DNA of 64,000 bases from the human T2T-CHM13v2.0 reference genome, Homo sapiens: NCBI RefSeq assembly GCF_009914755.1, contig NC_060926.1. One strand, given 5' to 3'. Of the stretch, positions 36,160 through 49,705 are shown in pieces. The notes under the pieces were generated by a model. It saw only the letters and a list, made by a program, of their open reading frames with translations. It was not told where the DNA came from and made no database searches. A program made the position numbers and the translations under genes. Position 1 is the first letter of the stretch. Every line of letters begins with the position of its first letter.

Positions 36160-36375
36160 ACATCACATTTCCTCTGGGGAGCCTTCCTATCCTGCTTATC
36201 CTGACTAGGCCAGCTTCCTCTCCCATGATATCCATATTTTCCCCACTTACTTAACTCATCTTATTATAAAATCTATTTAAAGGTTTGTCCACCCCTCCCA
36301 ATAAGATTTCTAAGTGAAATCTAAGAAATCATGTCTCATTCCTCTTTGTATCCCTAACACTAAACACCCTGCATC
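36160..36375 (+). mobile_element. L2 3' region
   Basis: cctctggggagccttcct ... ctctttgtatccctaacac. Confidence 0.6.
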
Positions 36376-36559
36376 TACAAAATTAAACCTAGGATTGTTA
36401 AAAGAACAATGTATAAGTTAGTTCAAATATAATTCTCTATCCAACCTTTTTCACTTAACATATATAAAAGTATTATCTTATGTCATTATATTTCCTCAGA
36501 ACTCCCCCTGCTTTTCCTGAGGCACAGTATTCCATCATATGTCTATACTATAATTTCTT

Positions 36560-36978
36560 TTTTTTTCCCTGAAACATTTGAGAGTAATTTGCCAACATGA
36601 TGCCCATCACTCCCAAATATTTTAGTATTTATTTCTCTCAAAAGGATATTTTCCAACATAATCATAATCAAAAATTTATAGATACATTACTACCCTCATT
36701 AGAGTATAGATACATATTGTAGATTAGACAAGTTCCACCATTTGTCTCAATAATGTCCTTTGTAAAAGCGAAAGGATGTCAGTCAGAAGCACACACTGAA
36801 TTCACTTGTCATTCCCTCTTAGTCTTCAGTCTTCCCATAACATTCATGATCTTGAAAGTTTTGAAGAATACAGACCAGTAATTTTGGAGAATGTTCTTCA
36901 GTTTATGTTTGTCTAATGTTTCCTCACAAATAGATTCAGGTTATGTATTTCTGGCAGGAATATCACAGAAGTGATGCT
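36560..36978 (-). mobile_element. L1MC4/5-like 3' UTR fragment
   Basis: catttgagagtaatttgccaacatgatgccc...tctggcaggaatatcacagaagtgatgct. Confidence 0.7.
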
Positions 36979-36981
36979 GGG

Positions 36982-37058
36982 GTTGTTGTTGTTGCTGTTG
37001 TTGTTTTTTTGAGACGGAGCCTCATTCTGTCACCAGGCTGGTGTGCAGTGGCGTGATT
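36982..37058 (-). mobile_element. Alu 3' fragment (about 48 bp body plus (GTT)n-converted tail)
   Basis: gagacggagcctcattctgtcaccaggctgg...gtggcgtgat, then abrupt loss of homology. Confidence 0.85.
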
Positions 37059-37129
37059 ATATAAGCATTCCCCAGCTTTTTTTGTGATTATAGAAAGCAA
37101 TGTGTTACTGCAAAGAACACAGTACAGTA

Positions 37130-37418
37130 GAAAAGTTATAATTATACAGGATGGATAAGCTATGAAGATCAAATGTACAGCATGTGACTATAGATAATAA
37201 TAGTGTATTATATACTTGAAATTTGCTAAGAGAGTATATCTTAAGTGTTCTTACCATACACAAAACATGGTAACAGTATGAGGTGATGGATATATTAATT
37301 AGCTCAATTGTGATAGTCATTTCACTATGTATGCATGTATCAAAGCATCAAGTTATACACATTAAATGTATACAATTTGAATTTCTCAAGCATATCTCAA
37401 TAACGCTGGAGAAGAAAA
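37130..37418 (+). mobile_element. L1MA9/10-like 3' end
   Basis: tatacttgaaatttgctaagagagta...gaggtgatggatatattaattagct...ctcaataacgctgg. Confidence 0.8.
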
Positions 37419-38105
37419 ATGATACTTGTATTTCAAGACCTTAAAAATCTAAAAGAGAGATATGTGTTTACAATTAGTAGGCAGAACACAGAAATATAAC
37501 AAAAGTAAAATCAATACATCTGAAAGCATCAAACTAGGAGATATGAATTTCAATAAGACATTAATTTGACTTCAGGGAAAATAATTTCTGAATATTACGT
37601 TTATTCTTCTTTATCTCAAATGTGTTCTAGGGCAAAGTCCTTTCATTCTGTTTTTCTTGCTTTTTTCACACTAGGTATTTTTTATGAGCTTCATGTATAA
37701 ATTGAGATTATGAAATAGTTGATTCCATCTTCTGACTATTGTAGTCTAGCAACAGTGGGAATGAGAATGAAAAAGGAGTCAACTTTAGTTGCATGTTGAG
37801 TTTGCCTGTAGAGTATCCTTAAGGGGCAGCTGACCAAGAAGCAGGGAGAACCTAGAACTCCAGGAACCAGTTGGTTGCCCTGATTTTGCTGCAGGAGAAT
37901 GTCTTGCCTGAGGGTCTGGTTTATTCTGAATGCCTCTGAAGAGAATAATGTGTTCTCCTGAGGGGCAAAGGAGAATTTTGTTTTAAATAAGGAAATACTC
38001 AGGATGAGATAGAGTATGAAATGACTTCTGAGATTCAGTAGGGGGCATACTTAGACTTACCAGATTAATTCCACACCCTGCCCCCAACCCCCACGTGCCC
38101 TCCCA

Positions 38106-38143
38106 TTTCTTTTCTTTTCTTTTCTTTTCTTTTCCTTTCTTTT

Positions 38144-38214
<71 letters not shown>

Positions 38215-38332
38215 CTTTCTCTCTTTCTGTCCTTCCTTCCTTCCTTCCTTCCTTCCTTCCTTCCTTCCTTCCTTCCTTCCTTCCTTCCTTCTTTCTCTCT
38301 TTCTCTCTTTCTTTCTCTCTTTCTTTCCTTTC
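38106..38332. repeat. Compound microsatellite (TTTTC)n-(TTTC)18-(TTCC)14 derived from an Alu tail
   Basis: (TTTC) 38142-38213; (TTCC) 38233-38288; directly abuts the Alu 3' end. Confidence 0.95.
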
Positions 38333-38740
38333 TGACAGGGTTTTGCCTTGTGGCCCAGGCTGGAGTGCAGCGGCACAATCACAGCTCACTGCAGTTTCGA
38401 CTTCCTGGGCTCAGGTGATTCTGTCACCTCAGCCTCCTGAGTAGCTGGGACTACAGGCATGCGCCATGAAGCCCAGCTAATTTGTTTGTTTGTTTGTATG
38501 TTTGTTTTTTGAGACGGAGTCTTGCTCTGTCGCCCAGGCTGGAGTGCAGTGGCGCGATCTCGGCTCACTGCAACCTCCGCCTCCCCAAGCCAGGCTAATT
38601 TTTTTATTTTAATTTTAATTTTTTGTAGAGATGGGTTTTGCCATGTTGCCCAGCTTGGTCTTGAACTCCGAAGCTCCAGCGATTTGCTCTCGCAGCCTCC
38701 CAAAGTGCTGAGATTACAGCATGAATCATAATGCCCAGCC
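38333..38740 (-). mobile_element. AluJ split at its A-rich linker by a 5'-truncated younger Alu (about 38483-38586)
   Basis: Right monomer 38333-38480, left monomer 38600-38740; duplicated aagcc(ca/ag)gctaatt flanks the insert. Confidence 0.9.
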
Positions 38741-39287
38741 TCCTACAAAACTTTAAAGTTAACACTTTGCTTTTCTACATGGAAATTACCAAATCTTCTA
38801 TAGCCTTCTTTTTCTTTATCCTCTCCTCCACTGTTCATTTTCTCTGTACAAATTGCTTTTAGAGACTAGTTACAGTACAGGCTGGAACACCTTCCTTGGT
38901 GTCTTCTAATCATAGATAATGGAGTGGTCATTGTAACCAAGGGCTGCACTGACAGTCCTTTGAGGTCGAATACCCTAAATCCATAGACTGTGCCAAAAGT
39001 TCTCTCCATGTGGATGTTTTCAACATTTTATAATTTATTTTTTTTAATGAAAGATTCTCTTGGTTTTTCTTTACATGCCAAGGCCTTACCTGAAAACATG
39101 CATTTTAATTTGGTATGTTTAACTTTGAGAAATTATGATCCAAAGTGTTCTTAATATAGACCCTGGATTTCCTGAGATACACTAAATTACAAGTTTCTTC
39201 TCTGTTGTCTACATAAGTATATGAAATCAAAGCATGTTCTTATTTATTTCATAACTTTTGAAATGAATAATAAATGTTTTCAGTCCT

Positions 39288-39446
39288 CTACAGTGTACCA
39301 GGTTCTATGTTAAACCGTTTATATGCATTTTTTAAAAATTGAATTCCCATTGTAATTCTATATCATAGGTGTCATTATAATTCCCATTTTCCAGATGAGG
39401 GAACTGAGGCTTATAAATATTTCATAATTTGTACAAGATCATACCA
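39288..39446 (-). mobile_element. MIR SINE
   Basis: cccattttccagatgagggaactgaggct core. Confidence 0.8.
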
Positions 39447-39447
39447 A

Positions 39448-40025
39448 TAGGGCTGGCTACATAATTTGTGGGACCACGTGCAAGATAAAAACCGTGGACC
39501 CCCTTGCTCAAAAATCAGAACAAAAGCTTTTCCTTTTCTTTATCAGTGTCTTTCTCTCAAGTTGTCATAGCGGTTTTATTTGCTGTTGAATATTGTCCTG
39601 GCTTGGGCATAAGGATACTCAAGTGATACATGTATACTCTAACAGGTGCCCAGAACCTAGAGCCCTGCCCTGAAGCTTATTGCATTGGGCATAAAAGCCC
39701 AACCTGGCCTTAGCCTGCCCAAGCTTCTCCAGGGGCAGAAGATAGCAGTGGTCACAAGGCAGGGATAGGAGGGAAAACCTAGGTGAGATGTGGGTGGCAG
39801 AGGAAGAGGGATCAGGCAGCTGAGAATCAGTTCTAGGGATGTGTGGAGATTGTGGGAGGTAGGACTATACCTGCACTGAGGCTCCAAGTCTTTGGTGCAC
39901 ATGCCATTGTCTTATCAGACTTCACTTAAGTCACAAATCCAAAGATAAGTTTATAATGAATTTCAAGACAGCAACTGTAAGACATTAAAACCCAAACACA
40001 GGATCCTCTTCTGAGCTGTGCCTTC
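39448..40025 (+). mobile_element. MER45B/C-like hAT-Tip100 element
   Basis: agggctggctacataatttgtggg...cccttgctcaaaaat ... gaatttcaagacagcaac...cttctgagc; right TIR not evident. Confidence 0.75.
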
Positions 40026-42832
40026 AGAGGAGTTCGTTTAAAAAAACTGAAGTTGATGAAATTACATAAAGCCATATACCATGAAGGCATATAGCACTTG
40101 AGTACTAACAACAGAGTTTGGAATCCATCACAGTTAGGTAGGATGCCAAAGCCTAGTATACTAGAAGTCATGGTAATTTAGTAGAGGAAATAGGAGTCAT
40201 ACATGTTCATTAGGTATCAAAAACTACTTAGTGAAAAGAAGGCTTTTACTAAGACAGGAAGAATCATATGGTCTGATGCTGGGTGGAAAGTCTAGCACCC
40301 ACCTTTTAGGCAATCTATGCTATTTCAGGGTTTTACTCTTAGTAATCATTATGCTTTCAATCAAATGATTTTGCCTGCATATTATTATCTATGTGAAAGC
40401 ATGTAAAATGAGTAGTGTTAATGCATCATTTTTATTGCTTTAAAAAAGGTTTCCTTTTTGGTGACCTGGAAACTTTCCTGCCTAGCTTGTTAATTAGGTT
40501 TTTCTGAAGCAGTGCTCAGTCTTGACCATGTGATTCTTGGTCACAGACAGTGGCCACCCTAGAGTGTAATGGTCAACCTCCCTGAGAATTTGGAGAGGGG
40601 GGTGTCCTCTGTTTGGAGTGGAGGCTGACTCCTAGCTGCAGCTTACTTTGCTTTTATAATTTAATAACAAATTTCCCTATTATGCCTGTGTTCAAATTTC
40701 ATCTGAAGAAAGAAAAGCAAATCCACCACCAGACGTGCACGTTTCCCAATACCCTTAATAAAACATATTGCACAGTGTGGAGTGACATTTTAAAAGAACA
40801 GACCTTTCAGCAGCTTGTCTCTATGCCATTGTGCATAACTAAAGCCTGCTAGGTCACAAAGGGAGATGCAGGGAAGTGGATTAATATGTAAACCAACCTA
40901 GGCACCTTCAGATGATGAATTCTAAGGTATACTTTGTGAATTCATTTCATTTTGAGAGCAGTTGTGCCCAGAAATTAATTTGTATTCATAAAGCTTCCCC
41001 ATTTTCTCTTTAGATAATGACAAGCTTTGTTCTTCTTGAAAAGTTTGTTTTTAACAATGTGGCACATTAATTCTGTAAGATAAATATTTCTAACCAAAGG
41101 ATGGTATAGAAAATTGTTGATAGAAAATAATATATTTTGGAAAAACATATAGAATGTCCCAGTTCTCACATAGTGCCTGCCTTAGAAATGCAATGGATGG
41201 AGTCTGTGTGTTTTGAGATTTTTAAAGAAACTCATTAAAATTCATATATGTAAAGCTTATTTTAACAAAATAGACATAAAAGGACTCTTAATTTCTGAAC
41301 GAATCACTACAGCTAAAAGCATTGGGATTTAATTGTTGCCCGGTCCCCAGCACACGGCAGTCTTCCACATCAGGTGAGAGCCAGCATCACAGAGCTTAGG
41401 GGATTTGAGCTTGCCTCTGAGGACAGGGATCTGAGAGTCTGACGTCCTTTTGAAGCTTCCATTGTGTATTGCTCCAATAAATGTATTATAGTTCTTTCCA
41501 GAGAATGACAAAACATTATCTTAAAACTACAAGTTTTTCAGGCCACCATTACAGACAGTGGCTTAACTATGATAAGTACATTTCAAGCTCCTATGTCTTA
41601 GATTCCACCTAATGGACTGTCAGGAAAAAGATGGAGCTTCATGGGTCAAGCATTTATCAGTTGTTGACTTCCTAACAGTAGCTCATCCCTTCTTAAGAAT
41701 ATTACTTCAGAGCAAGTGTGAAAAAAAACAAAAAACAAAAAAAACCCTAAGCTCTGTGAACCGTGCATTTTCTTTTGAAAACTCTGAATAAAGATGCCTC
41801 CAATTAGTCAGGGAGGATAAAGGATGCATTTGATTACATGATGGGCATGCAAGCTTTGTTGATGCAATCACTCAACTTTATCATTTTTTTCTATCCTACA
41901 GTGCCTGGTGTTATTAAGACAATATGTCTACAGATTTCAAAATAATCCATTGACTAGAAAAATTTGCATCACTATGGCTTCCATAGACAAAGTATTCAAG
42001 ACAGTGCTTGGAATTAGTAGCTTTCATTTATCCTGCCTACAGGAAGAGGAAGACAAGTTTTAAATGACAGCTCTTAAAGATGGTGGCGGAGTCCCAGGAA
42101 TGATGTTGAGAATCAGGCTGCATTTCTGAGAAAGCACTCAGAGCTCTTTGCTCTTGTATACTGCCAATGTGGAATCACTTCTAAATTTGCCTTAATCCAA
42201 CTCCTAGGAAAAGGAAGTTTTACCTGCCACAATGCTCCACACAAAGAAAACCGAGTAAGTCTTGTCAAAGAAGTACTCGGTGGATGCAGGGCGTTTCTCT
42301 TTTTGCCAGCTTCCTTGGCTCAAATCCCATGCAAACCATCTCCCTTCAGCACTAGAGGGAGGTGATTAACCATAGAATCCAATTAAAAAAAAGAACTAAA
42401 AATCCCTAATTCTTCTTTTGAATGATAAGAGATTTGGACAAAACATTTAACTGAAAAACAATTATCTCAAAAAATTTAAATCCTAGTTGCTTCATGAGCA
42501 CTCTAGCACTGGGCCGAACCTCCTTTCTGTACTGTTGAACTGACCTTCTCTTCCCTGCCTCACTCTTACCGAGGTATAGTCCTTCCTCTCGCTTCTTTGG
42601 TGATTAGCTCATGTAATCTAGGAGTGGCTGAATCATACTTATTTTATTCTAATTGTTGTCCAACTTTTCCATTATTACCACGCATTTCTTTGAGAATCAA
42701 AAAAGTTTATTTTAAAAATAAATGGAAAGGATGATCAAAATTAGAAGATACGTAAAATCAGTGTTGGAAGCTTTCTTTCTTGTACCAGAATTGCATACCT
42801 CACAATTCATCTTTTCAGAAACGTGTTAGTAA

Positions 42833-43301
<469 letters not shown>

Positions 43302-43811
43302 TGAACAATAGGGTTGATGTTAATGATGACGATGCCACCCAAGTTAAGAACAAATGACCTATTCATATAGCTCACTTTTTAAGTTCCTATTTACATTCTG
43401 AAGCAGAACGAGAAAAAACTCTGATTTAATTTTCCTAATATCAAGGAAAAAGATAGTCCTATGGCAAAAAGTACTGCTCCAATTTTGTAATCTTCTGTTA
43501 AAAATTAACAGAAAAATAAATATTTCTGATGATTTGTAGGTTTTAAGGAGGATAGACTTTATTCTCTTAAGAAAAATTTCCCAGAAAAACTAAGTAAGCT
43601 CTATCTAATGGTAGTGTATCTATAATCTTAGAATGAGGAAATAGAAAACATTCTGAATAAATTTAAAATGGTTAGTTGGTGTGTGCAACTTTACTTACTA
43701 GAGCTACTTGAACTAAGTAGCACGTATGTTTTCTACTCTCATTTTTTAGTTAATTTGTCTAGGAAACAAGTGATTATGAACTATACAATAACGAGGCTAA
43801 AGTTGCATCTG

Positions 43812-46678
43812 AATTTTCTATTAGGCTATTTTCTAGAGCAGCTTTATGTCCTCAGCAAAATTGGGCAGAATGCATAGAGATTTCCATTATACCCCCTGCC
43901 CTAGAACATGCATAGCCTCTCCCAGATAAACGTTCCCAAGCAGAGTAATATATTTGTTATAACTGATGAACCTACGTTGACACATCATCACCAACCAGAA
44001 TCCATAGTTTACGTTAGTTCACTCTTGGTGTTGTACAGCCTATGGATTTGGACAAATGTCTAATGACACAAATCCATTCTTTTAGAATCATAGAGAGTTG
44101 TTTTACTGCCCTAAAAGTCCTCTGTGTTCTGCCTATTTATCTTTCTCTCCCCAACCCTTGACAACCACTATCTTTTCATTGTCTCCAAAGCATTACCTTT
44201 CAAGAATATCAGATAGTTGGATCACACAGTATGTAGCGTTTTTCACATTGGCCTTGTTCACTTAGTAATATACATTTAAGTTTCCTCCCTGTCTTTTCAT
44301 GGCTTGATAGGTCATTCCTTTTTAGTGCTGAATAATATTCCATTATCTGGATGTACCACAGTTTATCCATTCACCTACTGAAGGATATCTTGGTTGTCTC
44401 TTAAGTTTGGGCAATCATAAATAAAGCTGTCATAAATATCATGTGCAAGTTTTTGTGTGGACATCAGTTTTCAACTTCTTTCAGTAAATACTAAGGAGTG
44501 TGATTACTGCATCATATGATAAGAGTATGTTTAGTTTTGTAAGAAGCTGCCAAACTGTCTTTTAAGGCAGCTGTAACACTTTGCATTCCTACCAGCAAAG
44601 AATGAGAGTTCCTGTTGTTCCACATCCTCAGCAATATTTGTTTGTATTAGCGTTCTGCATTATGGCTATTCTAATAGGTATATAATATCTCATTACTGTT
44701 TTTATTTGCATTTCCCTGGTGACATATAATGTAAGGCATCTCTTGATATGCTTATTTGCCATCTGTATATCTTCTTAAGTGAGGTGCCTGTTAAGGTCTT
44801 TAGCTTATTTTTAAATTGAGTTGTTTGTTTTCTTATTGTTGAGTTTTAAAAGTTCTTTGTATATTTTGGATAACACTTCTTTATCAGTTATGTCTTTTCC
44901 AAATATTTTCTTCCAGTTTGCCTCTTTTTATTCTTTTGACCATGTCTTTTACACAGCAGAAAATCTTAAATTTAATAAAGCTCAGTCTCTTAATCCTTTC
45001 TCTCATGGATTATGTCTTCAGTGTTATTCTAAGAATAATTGTCATCACCAATCCCAAAGTCGTTTAGGTTTTCTTGTGTGTTATCTTCTAGGAGTTTGAT
45101 AGTTTTTCATTTTACATTTAGTTCTGTGATCCTTTTGAGTTAATTTTTGTAAAGGTTATAAGGTCTGCATCTAGAATCATATATTTGCATGTAAATGTTC
45201 CGTTGTTCCAGCACCATTTGTTGAAAATGCTATATTCTCTTCATTGTATTGCCTTTACTCTGTCAAAGACCTGTTGACTATATTTACAACAGTCTATTTC
45301 TGAGCTCTTTATTCTGTTCCATTGATCTTTTTGTCGGCTCTTTCATCAGTACTACACTGTTTTAATGGCTATAGCTTTGTAGTACGTCTTGAAGTTGGAG
45401 AATGTCAATCTGCCAACTTTGTTCTTCTCTTTCAATATTGTGTTGGCTATCCTGAATCTTTTGCCTCTGTCTATAAACTATAGAATCAGTTTGTTGATAT
45501 CCACAAAATAACTTGCTGGGATTTTGATTGGGATGTATTGATTCTATAGATCAACTTAGGAAGAACTGACATCTTGACATTATTGAGTCTTTCTATACAT
45601 GATCCATAAATGGAATATCTCTCCATTTATTTAGTAGTTCTTTGGGTTCTTTCATCAATGTTTTGTGGTTTTTCTCATATAGATCATATTCATATTTCAT
45701 TAGATTTCTACTTAAGTTTTCATGTTTTGGGGATGCTAATGTAAATGTTTTTTTATTTCAAATTTCACTTGTTCATTACTGGCATATAGGAAAGTGATTG
45801 GGTTTTACACACTAGTCTTGCATTCTGCAACCTTGCTATAATCTCTTATTAGTTTCAAAGTATTTTTTGTCAACTCTTTCATATTTCCTACATAGACAGT
45901 CATGTCATTTGTGAACAAACACAATTTAATTTCCTCCTTTATAATCTATTTCCCTTTTGTTTTCTTTTTTGTCTTATTGTATTAGCTGGACTTCCAATAC
46001 AATGCTGAAAAGGAGTGGTGAGATGACACATGTTTGCCTTATTCCTAATCTTAGTGGTAAAGCTTTGAGTTTTTCACTCTTAAGCATGGTGTTAGCTGTA
46101 GGTTTTTTTGTAGATATTCCTTTAACAAGTTGAAGAATTTCTCCTCTACTCCTAATTTACTGGGAGTTTTTGTCATGAATGGGTGTTCGTTTTCATCAAA
46201 TGTTTTTCTGCATCCATTGATAGGATCATGTGATATTTTTTCTGTACCCTTTGATGTAAAGAATTACACTAATTGATTTTCAAATGTTGAACAAGTCTTA
46301 CATACCTGGAATAATTGCTACTTAGTTGTGGTATGTAATTCTTTTGATATATCTTTGGATTTGATTTGTTAGTCATTTTATTTTCTTGTAATGTCTTTGC
46401 CAAGCTTTGATAGTAGGGTAATGCCTGCCTGACAGAATGGGTTATAGAGTATTCCTTCAGCTTATAATTTCTGGAAAATGTAGTAGAAAATTGGTGTCAT
46501 TTATTTCTTACATTTTGTTAGAATTATCAGCAAACTCATCTGGGCCTGGTACTTTCTGTTTTGGAAGGCTATTAGTGATTGATTCAATTTATTTAACAAA
46601 TATAGGCCTATTCAGAGTGTCTATTGCTTTTTGTGTGAGTTTTGGCAGATTGTGTCTGTCAAGAAATTGATTCCATTT
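43812..46678 (-). mobile_element. L1MC1-like 3' 2.9 kb
   Basis: 3' UTR tagagcag...ataccccctgccc...gatgaacctac...ttcactcttggtgttgtaca followed by diverged ORF2. Confidence 0.85.
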
Positions 46679-48189
46679 AATCAATTTTTTAATGCAACAG
46701 ATAAAAAAATAAGCCCTAGACGTTTCTGTATCTTATGGTTTCAGAAACAGTTTGACTATCATTCCTGAAGTGCCAGAGTTTGAGCAAACATCACATAAGT
46801 GGTAAGTTCTCAAAGAAGTGGAGATCTTTTTCCCTTTATACTCACTATAATGACCTGTCTTTAATGCTGGACCGTCTTACTAGGGTGGAAAAATGTTAAA
46901 CTGATTTATTGTTATGCCAGCAGAAAACTGCCCTTTTAATTCATAGTAAAACATTTTTCTGTGTCCTAATAACTGACTGAAGGGAGGGATTCAGTGAATG
47001 AAGGGAAGAAAATATGCACACACTAAGATAACAACAAGGCTCTAAAACGTAGTAGTACACAAATATGCCAAGTATGTGGGAAACTTTATAAGGGATGCTA
47101 CATGACCATAACTGATAAGGAAGAAAACAAGAGTCAGTAGTTATGAGTCACTCTGGGTAAGGTTGGCAGACACAGAGCTTGTTTACCATCTCCCTGCCCC
47201 AGGAAAATCAGACCAACCCAGCATTTTTTGGTCCAGTCCCATTCTACTCCTGTGTGTAAACCCAGTTAATCACTAAGAGGTCAACCACTTCAGTTTGTAT
47301 TTTTTAATAAAAGGCCTATTTTTCTTCCCTATATCATTCTCCTTAAGGATTAAACCTGACATTTCAAGATGCCAAAAGGTTGTTATCCTAACGCATTGAT
47401 GCATCCTTTTGCCAAGTTGCCTGGGTTAATGCTCATAATAAAGGCCAATGTTTCAATCATTGCAACAGGAGTAAAGAGAACTGTTTAGCCAGTTATTTTC
47501 TGAACTGAAATGTTCAAATATATTGGATTTCTCAATTCCCAATCTAGGGCATCAAATCAAGTGCATTCTCTAGAGAAGAATAAACTGACAGCTCCCTCTC
47601 ATCCAGCTCAGAACAAAATATCACGTTATTCAATAGAGTAAAAGAAAACTTTAATGATTTTTTCGTGAGGAGTGTGAGAACAGGCTAATAATTTAGCTAA
47701 ATTTGTCAGTAAATCTGGACAAAGCTTATATTGCAAATGTTTTCTTTCTTAACATTAAATCAAAAGTCTAGAAGAAAGAATATGAATATTATAAGCATGT
47801 AATATATATTACATTTTTACAAAGAGATGTTATGAATAAATGTATGCTATATTTCTGACTCCGATCATATTTCTGTATTCCCTCATTCTGTATTAGATGC
47901 CCTCCCATAATTAATCTCTGTATATGTCTGTCAAAGAACATTGTAATCAGTATTTACTATTTCTTTTGGTAGAACACAAATGCTTAGAACATAGATATTT
48001 CAGTTGTTTCTGTTTGTGAACCCAGCCCATGGCATAGTGTCTTATATAAAGTGATAATTATAAAATAGATAAATATATGAATATGAAAACAATGGATCAA
48101 AAGTGTGATGGTTTTGTAATATCATTCCTGATTTCAGTTTCATCCAGTTACTAAGAATTTGGCCTTCTTAATCAAACAGCATGTAAACC

Positions 48190-48372
48190 TGAAACATTCC
48201 TTAACTCTCGGCCCTGGGTGATTTACTGGTCCTCTTTAAGTGTTAGTTTCTTGATATGCAGTGTGAGAGCAATTATAATGCCTACAAGGTTTTCATGAGG
48301 ATCAAATGAGGGGACTCATCCAGAGTTTTCAAAAGACTGTGTGACTCATAATAAGTGCTCAGTAAATGTTGT
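48190..48372 (+). mobile_element. MIR SINE (a second copy lies at about 48470-48650)
   Basis: catgaggatcaaatgag...taataagtgctcagtaaatgtt; gtgagaattaaatggaataatacttgcaaagtacct. Confidence 0.65.
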
Positions 48373-49261
48373 AAAACGCATATTTTTTTCAAAATTAAAA
48401 GTCAATTATCACACTTCTTAGAAATCATGGCTTGGCCCTTATATGAGAATGTAAAAGAATTAGAATATGAATGAGCTTTGGAGTTAAGATACCTGGCTTT
48501 GAATTCCACTTTTTAGCAGCCGGAAGGGGTCTTAGGCGTCTCTAAGTATTTCACAGAATAAGGATATTCAAATTAATTCATGTTTGTTGTGAGAATTAAA
48601 TGGAATAATACTTGCAAAGTACCTAAAGAAGTGTAGTAACACAATATATGATTCACTTTCCATTTAGTAGACTCAATAAGTAGATAAAGTTAGCTTTGCA
48701 ATGCAGAAATTATATATCAGTCACCCCAAAGAAATTCAGAAAAAGTAGATTTGATGACCATGGATAATAAAAAATTTCCATTGATATGTAGTAACGCTGA
48801 GAGTAATGATTAAAACTTGACATTGTTAAAGGTCAGAACTCTTCTCCCTACTTGTTCAGGTGGTTTGATCTTTCTGGAAAAGTCTTTGAATGGGATAGAA
48901 AGGTCAGTTTTATGTCAATGTAGTAAGCCTTGGGGCATCAGGACTGTGTCTGGTAACTATCTTTCAAAGTGCCTCTCTTAGTGAGGGATACACTAGAAGA
49001 AAATCCATACAAAATTGTTCATCAATGACTGGCCAATTTTTGTTCTATCTCCTAGTGCTGCAGAAATGAGAGAGTGCACAACGTGCCAAATGTACTAACA
49101 TTCTAAAAGCAGGTAAAAGTTTATAGTGTTATAGCTCAGTCTAGCTTTCTTCCTGTAAAATACATTTAAAATTAATGTATGAATCAATTCCCTAGATAAA
49201 AATAGACTTGTTGAGAGCCTGTGTATGGGGTGCGCTATCATTCCTCGAATTGTATACATAG

Positions 49262-49705
<444 letters not shown>

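Noticed and set aside
37983-38418. K/E/R-rich and F/L/S-rich ORFs
   Set aside because: Translations of the microsatellite and Alu
47797-47814. Perfect 18-bp palindrome atgtaatatatattacat
   Set aside because: AT-rich with a (TA)n centre; about one such palindrome is plausible by chance in 64 kb
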